Shown here: positions 33,060-41,706 of the stretch, in pieces
Position numbering within the stretch: position 1 is the first letter of the stretch
How the letters are laid out: every line of letters starts with the position of its first letter
IMG/VR virus record: IMGVR_UViG_3300008261_001864
Location: 1 to 64,000 of that record
From: a virus
Strand: one strand, 5' to 3'
Length of the DNA: 64,000 nt
Made by a program: the position numbers and the translations under genes
Notes under the pieces: generated by a model
What the model was told of the DNA's origin: nothing
The model's database searches: none
The model's input: the letters and a program-made list of their open reading frames with translations, nothing else

Positions 33060-35630
33060 TCACGCCCGCTTGTTCAGAAGGTTGCCCTTGATGTGGAAAA
33101 CACAGGCCGTCGTCGTGTTGCTGTTGGGGTCGGGGTTGAAGAACACCCCGTTGGTCTTGTCAAAGATCGCCGCACGAACCAGCAGCACCATCACAAGCTG
33201 CCCCTTGCGACCAAAGAAAACCGAACCGCCCGCCGCGTCATCCGGCAACTCGGCCAAGAAGGCCAAGAAGTTGCGGTGCCGCTTCGCATCCGTGAGAGGC
33301 TGCGAGTAGGCGTTGGGGTCATAGAAGGAGGCCGTCGCCACGGGGTAGAAGGTGCGATCCTCGACATCGACGTGACCCGCAACCCGCTCGAACGACACTT
33401 CCTGCGGGCTGGGGGTGTAACCAACGTAGATGGGGAGCCGCAGGAGGCCCGTCGAAGCGTTGAACTCCGAGGTATAGACCTTGCCACCAGCCGACAACTC
33501 GTGGTCGCCGTTGAAGGTGCCCGTAGCCGTAGGGTAGATGCCACCGATCTGCGTGAACGCCGAAGGGTACGGGTATGCGGTGTCGAGCGATCCCGAACCG
33601 ACCGTCAGAACGTGCAGGAAGTTCTCAATGAAGCGGGGCGTCACCGTCAACGGGTTGGGAAGGCTCGCTTCCTTGCCGGTCTGCGGGTACCGAGACTCGT
33701 AGGGGATGTTGACTTGGATGGTGTTGGCCTGCACGGGCCGTAGCGGCGTGTACTGAACGACAATGGTGTGGCCTGCCGTCAACGCTGACGGGAACGTGAG
33801 GATGGTGCCGTCACTCGAAAGCGTCGGCGTGGCACCCACACCGTTGACCGTGACGGTCCCGATGCTGACCGCTCGTTCCGGCAAACGTTGGGTGGTCGCG
33901 GCCACCGCGATCATCGTGTAGGCAGCCACCACGGGATGCTGGGCTTGTAGCCGGATGCCTCGGTGGGCCGTATCGTAATCGCTGCTCAACGTCACGCCTG
34001 GCAACGCCGAAGGGTTGTTGATCGAAACCGACGACGCATAGGTGTTGGTCGGGGTGCGGGACAACCCTAGCCCTGCGGGGTACTCGACGACGAGATCAAT
34101 GAACAGGCGCTCGTTCGTGAGGCCGATTGCAGGGAGGCTCGTGAACGTAAAGGTGGGGGCGACAATCGGGAAGGTGCCGAGGTTCGTGATGGGGCCAACG
34201 TAGTCCTCGGCGCTGTAGTTGGCTTTCTTGCCAGCCACCTCACCGACCCACCTCATGTTCGTGACATCCACGAGGATGCCGCCCGCCGGGTTGCAGTTCA
34301 ACCAGTTGAAGGCGCTCGCCCCATAGACAGGCAGGGACGTTGGGTCGATGGTGATGGCGTCTCCGACCGTCCACGATCCACCAGGGGCACTATAGACGAC
34401 CGTGATGATCTCGGTGTTGGGCTTGTCGGTGAAGAACCGCCGCACGCTGTCAAACTGGCCGATGAAGTTGCCACCGTCCGTGTAACCCGTGACGTTTGGA
34501 ATGGTGCCCGGCTGCACGCCGATCTCGTCACAGGTCAGGACCGTGGCTCCGAAGTACCCACCGCCCTTGACGGTAGCGCCCCACTCCGTCCGAAGATTGT
34601 TGTCGAGGAGCAAGCCAAGGTTACGCGCCAGAACCTCTTGGTAGTTCCAGCCGGTCGGACTGACACCCCTGCGAAGGTCGATGATGTCTCGGGCGTCCAC
34701 GACGTCCGCAAACAAGCCGTCGGGCCGCCCCGAGATACCAGACGAGAAGATGCCTGCCCCGTTGTGGTTGGAGAGACGGTCATAGACCGTGCTGTTGCGG
34801 CGCACCACTCCCACGAGTGGTACCGCGTACATGAAGCCGTCCACGGTACCAAGGTCCGTCTGTGCGGTACCCGAACCGTCACCCGCTACCCAGAGGCCCG
34901 AGTCTCCTGCGGACGATTGATTGGAGTAAGTATAGGAGATCAGCGAAGTGCCATCCGGCACACCAGCCGAGGCCGGAACCGTGCTGGCCGTAACAGTCGG
35001 ATCGTCCATGCCCTCGGGGTAGGCTTCCAAGTCCACGTTGGGGATGACCCGTAGGCGGTACTGAATCTGGACCCGTTTGGTTGTCTCGGCCCCCACGTTG
35101 GTATCGAGGAGGTCATCATCCAGCGTGTACGGGTTGACGTCTAACGTGACCTTCACGTTACCGTTCGACCAGATGCGGGTCAGGCCGCTCTTACCGTCGC
35201 CCGTCGCCGCCGAGATGAGTCGCCGCCAGACCTCAAGGATCACTAGGTCGGTTCGCCTTGCCCCAAGCCCCACGGGGGGCGCAGGTAACGTCAACTGGTT
35301 CCTAGAGGTCGAACCTGTGTTGGCAACCGTGAGGAGCCAACCGTTCACATGGGCTGTCAGGTTGTTGGGGATGCGGAGGGTGTTGGAAAGCGTGGTGTAC
35401 TGGAAGATGCCCGACGTGGCATCGGACGTCCCCAGAAAGTCAGTAGCGATCCAGCCCGAAGGCATCAGTTGGCGTAGGGCTGCCTGAGTCAGACCGCCCG
35501 CCAAGTCGCCGCCAAGGTTCAGTTCCTTGTCGAGGACCGGCTTGCCCGCCTGATAGACGGGCGTTTCCCAATTTCGCCCCGAGGGGTCAAGGTAGCCACT
35601 GACGGCAGGGCCGTAGTTCTTGCTGCTCAT
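33060..35630 (-). CDS. Baseplate/tail-fibre-anchor structural protein (paralog of 24290-28693)
   Basis: VYQAGKPVLDKELN, RVQIQYRLRV, LGTVDG.MYAVPL..V.RRNS and RPDGLFAD motifs shared with the paralog. Confidence 0.75.
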   Translation of the reverse strand: MSSKNYGPAVSGYLDPSGRNWETPVYQAGKPVLDKELNLGGDLAGGLTQAALRQLMPSGWIATDFLGTSDATSGIFQYTTLSNTLRIPNNLTAHVNGWLLTVANTGSTSRNQLTLPAPPVGLGARRTDLVILEVWRRLISAATGDGKSGLTRIWSNGNVKVTLDVNPYTLDDDLLDTNVGAETTKRVQIQYRLRVIPNVDLEAYPEGMDDPTVTASTVPASAGVPDGTSLISYTYSNQSSAGDSGLWVAGDGSGTAQTDLGTVDGFMYAVPLVGVVRRNSTVYDRLSNHNGAGIFSSGISGRPDGLFADVVDARDIIDLRRGVSPTGWNYQEVLARNLGLLLDNNLRTEWGATVKGGGYFGATVLTCDEIGVQPGTIPNVTGYTDGGNFIGQFDSVRRFFTDKPNTEIITVVYSAPGGSWTVGDAITIDPTSLPVYGASAFNWLNCNPAGGILVDVTNMRWVGEVAGKKANYSAEDYVGPITNLGTFPIVAPTFTFTSLPAIGLTNERLFIDLVVEYPAGLGLSRTPTNTYASSVSINNPSALPGVTLSSDYDTAHRGIRLQAQHPVVAAYTMIAVAATTQRLPERAVSIGTVTVNGVGATPTLSSDGTILTFPSALTAGHTIVVQYTPLRPVQANTIQVNIPYESRYPQTGKEASLPNPLTVTPRFIENFLHVLTVGSGSLDTAYPYPSAFTQIGGIYPTATGTFNGDHELSAGGKVYTSEFNASTGLLRLPIYVGYTPSPQEVSFERVAGHVDVEDRTFYPVATASFYDPNAYSQPLTDAKRHRNFLAFLAELPDDAAGGSVFFGRKGQLVMVLLVRAAIFDKTNGVFFNPDPNSNTTTACVFHIKGNLLNKRA

Positions 35631-35652
35631 AGGGTGATCCTCTCGGCCCGTA

Positions 35653-36297
35653 CTAGAAGGTCAAGCGCCACACAATCGTCATCGTGGAGGTCGGAGGCTT
35701 GCTGATGACGGGAAACGTCAGGTAGTTGATGAGCGTTTCCTTGGTGGTGAGGACCACGGTGGCGTCGTAGGTGCCGTTCGCGGGCGTCACAGGGTTCTTG
35801 ATGGCGAGGTTCGACGACACGTTGCCGCCCACCAGACCCATCTCACAGAGGGGGCCGACGGCCTCCGACTCCGTAAAGGTGGTGGTGAAGTCCACCACGT
35901 TCGTGGGGTACCCGACAGGGATGCCGCCCGAGTTGATGAACTGTGTGTTTGCAAAAGTCTTGCGGGCGATCTCACTGTAGAGGGATCGCTGCGTGTTGGT
36001 GGGGGCCGGTGGCGACAAGACGCTCCAACCGGCGTCACCCGTACCTACCGCGAGACAGAAGGCACCGAAGGGTGCCTCCGAGTTGTCCTTGAGAAGTCGG
36101 GCCAAAAGGATGCTGGCATCCTTGACGACGAGATTTCGATGCTCGCGGCGCTCCACGAGGTCACCCGAGGTCCCGTCCCGCAACTCCACGGTGACGTCAC
36201 CCCTGATGTAGTACCCCTTGGGTTCTTCCACGCGGCTGACGAGGTTGAGGGAGAGACGGGACTCTTGGGCGGTCGGCAGCGACTCAACACTCTTCAT
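35653..36297 (-). CDS. Baseplate/tail-collar-type fibre attachment protein
   Basis: NLVV...LAVGTG...L.SEIARK...FTTTF..SEA.G.L.EMGL...F..I.K pattern. Confidence 0.68.
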   Translation of the reverse strand: MKSVESLPTAQESRLSLNLVSRVEEPKGYYIRGDVTVELRDGTSGDLVERREHRNLVVKDASILLARLLKDNSEAPFGAFCLAVGTGDAGWSVLSPPAPTNTQRSLYSEIARKTFANTQFINSGGIPVGYPTNVVDFTTTFTESEAVGPLCEMGLVGGNVSSNLAIKNPVTPANGTYDATVVLTTKETLINYLTFPVISKPPTSTMTIVWRLTF

Positions 36298-36348
36298 CTG
36301 GTTCTCCTGTTCATCTTGGGTGGGGCCATAAGTGGAAGTGCGACCCCC

Positions 36349-37527
36349 TTACGGCTCCAAGTTGATGTGCGACGGTGTAGGTACCACAGGAATAAGGTTG
36401 TTGGCGGTGATAAACGGAGCGTGCCCAGCCGCCGCAGGGACACCGAGTTCCCAATAGGTGTTGTTGAGGAACGCCACCTGCGCGGGGTCCCAAGTCAAAA
36501 AGTAGGCGTCGGCTGGCCCGTCCTCGGGAACGGGCATCGTTTCCGTGCGGAGATCGTCCACCGTGATGGTGGCCTCCATGAGACGCGGAAAGGCTGCCCA
36601 CAGCACTACCCCTGGGCCATTGAGGAGACGAGGCGATACCCCCGACTGCCAAGTGTAGAGGGGGAAGGGGTCGAGGACGGCCGGAAACTCATAGGTGTCA
36701 TATGCGGCCGTGCAGACATCCACGCTCTGCACCTCGATGGCAGAGTTGGCGATAGGGGCTTCAAGGGCGGGGCTGAAAAACACCTGTCCGAGAGGAGTGC
36801 CGAACAACCCTCCCTGCACCTCGCCGGTAAACCGAGACAGCGGTACCGTCACGGTGAGGTCTGGGTTGACCCATTGGAAGGTCGCCGTTCGAGGGATCAG
36901 GGACAAAAACCCTGTCGTCACCACCTGGTTACTGACCTCGACGATGTTCCACTCCGTCGTCGAAAGGTCGCTGGCAACCCGCAACACCAACGAGGTCGGG
37001 CTGCCTGGCTGCTCCTGTGTGACCTCTTGAACGACGTTGAAAACCCCTGCGACGTCCTTCACGGCATAGCTGGCGACGTCAAGCAGAGCGGCGTTCACCT
37101 GCATGGGCCGAACGAAGATGAGGCGCAGCCGTCGCGGACCCACGGCAACCGCCGTAAAACACGGCTCCGTACTGTACCCCGTGAAGATGGCCGACCTGTG
37201 CTGCCCATCCAAAGGGATGTTCGAGAGGGTGAGCAGCGAATCGACCACCACCGTGTAAAGCTGGTAGGACTGAACAGAGGTGTAGAGATACAGGGAGGCT
37301 GGGCTAAGGGGATCGGGTACGACACGATTGATGGTCAGCCCGGCAATCGTGTAGTTGGACGGCTGGAAAGTTGCTGGGTAGGTCGGATCGAGGTTGTCAT
37401 CGAAGGTCAGCCGCACCACATAGGGGTTGACGGCCTCCGCAGCGATGAGCCGGAAGGTAGTGGTGGCGATGCCGCCGTAGGTGCCGGTGCCGTATGGCCC
37501 CGTGCCGAAGTAGCCGACAACAGGCAT
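36349..37527 (-). CDS. Virion protein with Ig-like domains
   Basis: VRLTFDD.LD......NY.I and LRLIF..PM......SY.V repeats; N-terminal GTGPYGTGTYGG. Confidence 0.62.
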   Translation of the reverse strand: MPVVGYFGTGPYGTGTYGGIATTTFRLIAAEAVNPYVVRLTFDDNLDPTYPATFQPSNYTIAGLTINRVVPDPLSPASLYLYTSVQSYQLYTVVVDSLLTLSNIPLDGQHRSAIFTGYSTEPCFTAVAVGPRRLRLIFVRPMQVNAALLDVASYAVKDVAGVFNVVQEVTQEQPGSPTSLVLRVASDLSTTEWNIVEVSNQVVTTGFLSLIPRTATFQWVNPDLTVTVPLSRFTGEVQGGLFGTPLGQVFFSPALEAPIANSAIEVQSVDVCTAAYDTYEFPAVLDPFPLYTWQSGVSPRLLNGPGVVLWAAFPRLMEATITVDDLRTETMPVPEDGPADAYFLTWDPAQVAFLNNTYWELGVPAAAGHAPFITANNLIPVVPTPSHINLEP

Positions 37528-37530
37528 CGT

Positions 37531-40500
37531 TTAGCTCACAACCGTCACGGTGACGGTGTTGTGGGACGGGTTTCGGACGATCTGGTAAGTGTGGTACGCC
37601 CCGTCAAGGAAGTCGAAGGGGATGCCTGCCAGCACACGTTGGGCGTTGAGGTCCACCACCGCGACGTACCGCTCTCCCGAAGGCAGGGTCTTGAACGCTA
37701 GGGCGACCGTCATACCAATCGCTGAAAAACCAAGCCTGATCTGGGAGTCACCCAACCCGTAGGTACCGTCCTGCTCGACTCGGATGCGGAACGACACACG
37801 GGTAGAGAGGCTCGGAGAGTCGGTGAGAGGGGTGTTGTTCCGATAGATCGTCCTCGTGCCCGTCGCATCCGTGCCGTAGTTCAAGTGCAGGTAGGTCGCC
37901 TGCCGTGTGACGTGTGCGGCGTCGTCCGATGCCATCGTCCAAGGGGTAGGCTGGTTGGCGGCGTCCTCGGGCAGCGTCGTCCCGTCGTAGGAGAGGCAGA
38001 CTTCCTTCTGCCACTCGAACGAGTAGTGGTGGAAGCTGTCTTGGTCGGTGAAGGGCGCGATCTTGTTGGGCTGGCCGGTAGTCTGCTCGATGACCTCAAG
38101 GCTGTTGTAGAGGACATCATCGGGCACGAGCAGTCGCCACACCGACGTACCATCGTTGAACTTGAAGTCGCCGTCCACGTTCATGACGTCCTCGGCACGG
38201 TTGAAGGCCGAGAGGAAGCGGCGGTACGGCGTGGGGACTCGGACCTCCGAAGTCTGTGTGCGCGGGTAGAGGGGCGTGTCCTCGTTTAGCTTCGTGTACG
38301 CCTCAAGGGCAGGGTTGCGGAAAACGTCGTCCGTGCCCTGCGGAGGGATACCCGTGCTGCTCGACCAGAAGTTCGTGTGGGGGTGCGGGATGTTGGTCCG
38401 AAGATGCTCGGGACTCGCCATCACGTTCCGCTGGTTCATGTTCTGGTGATGCGGGACGATGCGAAGTTCGTTGGGCGATCTCGTGATCCCATAGCGAACA
38501 TAGTCCCACGCCGACGAGGATAGGCGCGTGGGGTCGAAGGCTCCCCAACAGATGCTCGGGAGGCCGCCAGCCAGTTGCCGAGGGATGCCAACCGCGCTGT
38601 CGGGAAGGTCAACGTTGTTGTAGCCGACCGAGATGAAGGGTTCTGGGTCGGCATCTTGGATGACCGTCACGGCCCCTGCGGGCGTTCGAGCGATCTTGTA
38701 GTTGTGGGCGGTACGCCAATCCGTCTGCAACGGAACTCGGAAACTCACCGTGCTGGGCTGCAACGCCACCACACGGTCGAGCGACAGGGCGTTCGAGGCT
38801 ACCGAGAGGATACCGTACACCCCCTTGTTGGGGCCGTCGTCGATGATGAGGTCATCCCCTGCCACCAGTGAAGGGGGAGGCAGGGTCGGAAGCGTCACGG
38901 TACTGCCCTGCACGGTGACGTTGCGGTAAGACGCCTTGAGCGGGAGGTGGTAGCCGATGAGACTGTCGGAGTCCTGCCCGCGCCACAACCCCACATAGAA
39001 CTTCTGGTCCGACCAGAGCCGCCACGCATTGACGTAATGCCAATCTGTCGTGCTGACCGCTTGGTTGCTGGAAGGCACCGCAGAACCAAACGACAGAACG
39101 CCTGTCAGACCTCCCCCAGAGGGCGCGGCAAAGGCCGTGTAGGGAAGGATACCCAGCAGCCCTTGGTCGGCAAACAGCGTGACGTTGCCCCCAATCTTTG
39201 CCACTCGGTAGATGTGTGGCTCGCCGTCCCCCCACTCGAACGGGTACCCCGCCAACACCGTACCGTCTGAGTGGAAGGCCACCTCGCGGACGCCACCGTT
39301 GACTCGCAACAAGACCCCGAGGGTACGCTGGCCGTCGTAGGCGTCCGCAGACACCCCGCAGAAGCCCACCCCGTCTGCCGTGTAGGAGTGAACGTGGCAG
39401 CGGAACTCCACCATGTAATCGTTGGAGGCACCGATGACGCGCTCATCCGACGTGAAGGGGGCAACGTCGTCCACATAGTAGACGAGGCCGCTTGTCGCCT
39501 GCGTGTCGGTGATGCGGAGGACTCGGCCAACCATCTGTGAGGAGGCCGTACCCATCTGGGACCACGGCGTGGGTGCCCACTCGGTCGGGAAACTACGGCC
39601 ACCGTACCCAAGAATGGGAGCAGCCTTGCTGGTGAGAAACGAGAGTTGTGTGAGACGGGTACCATCGTCAATCGCCACCATCACGGCATTGGGGGCCACC
39701 CCATGCGTGTAGGTGTACCCTTGGACGGAGACATCGAGGATGACGTCCGATGAAACCTCCAAGAGAGGCTCGATCCGCATGAGGCCACGGAAGTCACCCC
39801 CAACAAGCCCTGCTTTCTCGACGGTCGCTGCGTCGGTGGCGCTCGTTGAGCCGATAAGGACGAACTGTGAGGAGAGAATCGTCTCTGTCCCGTGGTAGCC
39901 CACGGGCGTCCAAGGGAAGGCCGCTTCCTCGGGGTGATCGTTGCCCTCGTAGCTTACAAAGACGCTAGGTGCCGTCTGGAGGGGGTTGGTAGGAAGCACT
40001 TGGTAACGGACGAAGTTCCACGCCGAAGTGTTGGTGGCGGCCCGACCAAGCGAACCCCAGAACACCTGCTGGACCTCGTTGAAGGGCGCAGGGACGTCCT
40101 CAAGGAAAGGTAGATCGTCCTCGTGAACCTTGAGGATTTCCACCACCTCGCCGTCGATGTAGAGCCGAACAATGCCGTCGCGGCCTCGGAAGATGCGGTA
40201 GCTGCGAGGGAGCGACCAATCGAGCGTAGCGGGCGCGTTCGTAGCGTCCCCGTTCGTGTCGATGCCGCCCGTCCATGCCGCAGCGTCATCCGGCGTGTCA
40301 GCGTAGTCCTTCCGCAGGAAACCCACCTTCTTGATACCGCCGACTTCAACGAAGCCCACCAGCATGGCTCGAAGGTCCGTAGAGTACCCCGCCGCCAACC
40401 CAGACCACACCCCTTGGTAGAGGGTGGCGGTTGCCGACTCGATGCTCCACGCCAACGCAAAAGCATGGGGGAACGTCTGGTCGAGCCGCCGCCGCCAAAA

Positions 40501-41694
40501 GAGCGGGTTGCCGTTCGGGAACACACCCGCAGACGTTTTCTGAACGACGAGGTTGGAAGCCGTCAGAGTAGTCGAGCCAGACCCTATCCGCTCCCACGGG
40601 TAGTAGATGTCGTTCTCTGGTAGCCCCGTCGGGGAGTACGAGATGAACTGCGAGGTGACGGTCCGCTCAAGGGGCGGGTAGGCGATCCTGTGGGTAGGGG
40701 TGTTGAACACCAAGAGGTTGGGATCGTTGAAGATCGCCGTGTAGGCCCGCTCGTAGGCTCGGTAATGCAACTCACGCTGGGTGGGTTGCTCCAATGCGGC
40801 GGGCACAACGTTGTCGAGGTCCAGCAGCGTCCAAGACGTGTAGGGTCCGACCAGACCGGCCAACGTCACCTGTAGGCTGGTGGTCGATAGGATTGCCCCC
40901 ACTTGCCTGTAGGTCGTGCCCGTTGTCCCCTGCAACGCCAAAGTGAGGCCGACGAACCCACTCAGTAGTGAGGCGCTCGTGAGCGTCACGGTGTCGGGGG
41001 CCGTCACCGTCACACCCGTACCCTGTTGGATGGTGCGGCTGGCCCTGTAGGAGGATGGCTCCAGCAGGACGTTGTTGTATCGGTAGGTGTGGTTTGTACC
41101 CGCGTTGGGTCGCCCGATGTCATGGTTCCAGCCGTTGAACTTGAACTCACGGGAGTTCAACCGCGTCACATCGACGGTGGGGTTACGAACCCACGAGTAG
41201 TCCACCTCAACGTGATCGCCCGACGCCAAAGGGCTGGGCATGACGATCTGCCCCAGCAGCCCATAGACGGCATCTGGGGCCACGGGGGTACCGTTCACCC
41301 GTACCGTCACATGGCTGGGCTGGTCAGCGATCTGCCCTGTGCGAGCATCATAGACCCGCCACGATGTCGCAGGCGTGTCGGGGAGCGAGAAGCTGGCTCG
41401 CAACTTGAGTCGGTTCGAGGAGGGAACGCCGAGGATCAGATAATCGCCGTCGTGCTTGCCCGACCCCGTGAGGTTTAGGTACTGGCCGACAAGGCTGGCC
41501 GAGAACTGCCCGCCGCTAACCTGCACGGTGTCATAAGACACGAAGGTTGCCGTGCTGCCCTGCAAGAGGGTGAGGGGCGGCTTGGCGATGGGTCCCTTGT
41601 CGGTGAACACCGAACGGGCATAGGGGGGTTCACCCGGTGGCCCGCCACCGTATGTCCCTGCGCCGTATGGTTCGTACCCGTAGCCTGTTGGCAC
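37531..41694 (-). CDS. Large virion protein with repeated ConA/LamG-like lectin domains
   Basis: Four Y.G..PE...PW-type starts and (H/R).Y(R/K/Q)(I/V)..-type strands; N-terminal GYEPYGAGTYGG. Confidence 0.68.
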   Translation of the reverse strand: MPTGYGYEPYGAGTYGGGPPGEPPYARSVFTDKGPIAKPPLTLLQGSTATFVSYDTVQVSGGQFSASLVGQYLNLTGSGKHDGDYLILGVPSSNRLKLRASFSLPDTPATSWRVYDARTGQIADQPSHVTVRVNGTPVAPDAVYGLLGQIVMPSPLASGDHVEVDYSWVRNPTVDVTRLNSREFKFNGWNHDIGRPNAGTNHTYRYNNVLLEPSSYRASRTIQQGTGVTVTAPDTVTLTSASLLSGFVGLTLALQGTTGTTYRQVGAILSTTSLQVTLAGLVGPYTSWTLLDLDNVVPAALEQPTQRELHYRAYERAYTAIFNDPNLLVFNTPTHRIAYPPLERTVTSQFISYSPTGLPENDIYYPWERIGSGSTTLTASNLVVQKTSAGVFPNGNPLFWRRRLDQTFPHAFALAWSIESATATLYQGVWSGLAAGYSTDLRAMLVGFVEVGGIKKVGFLRKDYADTPDDAAAWTGGIDTNGDATNAPATLDWSLPRSYRIFRGRDGIVRLYIDGEVVEILKVHEDDLPFLEDVPAPFNEVQQVFWGSLGRAATNTSAWNFVRYQVLPTNPLQTAPSVFVSYEGNDHPEEAAFPWTPVGYHGTETILSSQFVLIGSTSATDAATVEKAGLVGGDFRGLMRIEPLLEVSSDVILDVSVQGYTYTHGVAPNAVMVAIDDGTRLTQLSFLTSKAAPILGYGGRSFPTEWAPTPWSQMGTASSQMVGRVLRITDTQATSGLVYYVDDVAPFTSDERVIGASNDYMVEFRCHVHSYTADGVGFCGVSADAYDGQRTLGVLLRVNGGVREVAFHSDGTVLAGYPFEWGDGEPHIYRVAKIGGNVTLFADQGLLGILPYTAFAAPSGGGLTGVLSFGSAVPSSNQAVSTTDWHYVNAWRLWSDQKFYVGLWRGQDSDSLIGYHLPLKASYRNVTVQGSTVTLPTLPPPSLVAGDDLIIDDGPNKGVYGILSVASNALSLDRVVALQPSTVSFRVPLQTDWRTAHNYKIARTPAGAVTVIQDADPEPFISVGYNNVDLPDSAVGIPRQLAGGLPSICWGAFDPTRLSSSAWDYVRYGITRSPNELRIVPHHQNMNQRNVMASPEHLRTNIPHPHTNFWSSSTGIPPQGTDDVFRNPALEAYTKLNEDTPLYPRTQTSEVRVPTPYRRFLSAFNRAEDVMNVDGDFKFNDGTSVWRLLVPDDVLYNSLEVIEQTTGQPNKIAPFTDQDSFHHYSFEWQKEVCLSYDGTTLPEDAANQPTPWTMASDDAAHVTRQATYLHLNYGTDATGTRTIYRNNTPLTDSPSLSTRVSFRIRVEQDGTYGLGDSQIRLGFSAIGMTVALAFKTLPSGERYVAVVDLNAQRVLAGIPFDFLDGAYHTYQIVRNPSHNTVTVTVVS

Positions 41695-41706
41695 GATGAG
41701 CCTCGC

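Noticed and set aside
36139-37701. Long plus-strand ORFs (also 10634-11731, 50585-51955, 55877-57130 and others)
   Set aside because: Antisense shadows of GC-rich minus-strand genes, with no motifs or RBS support.
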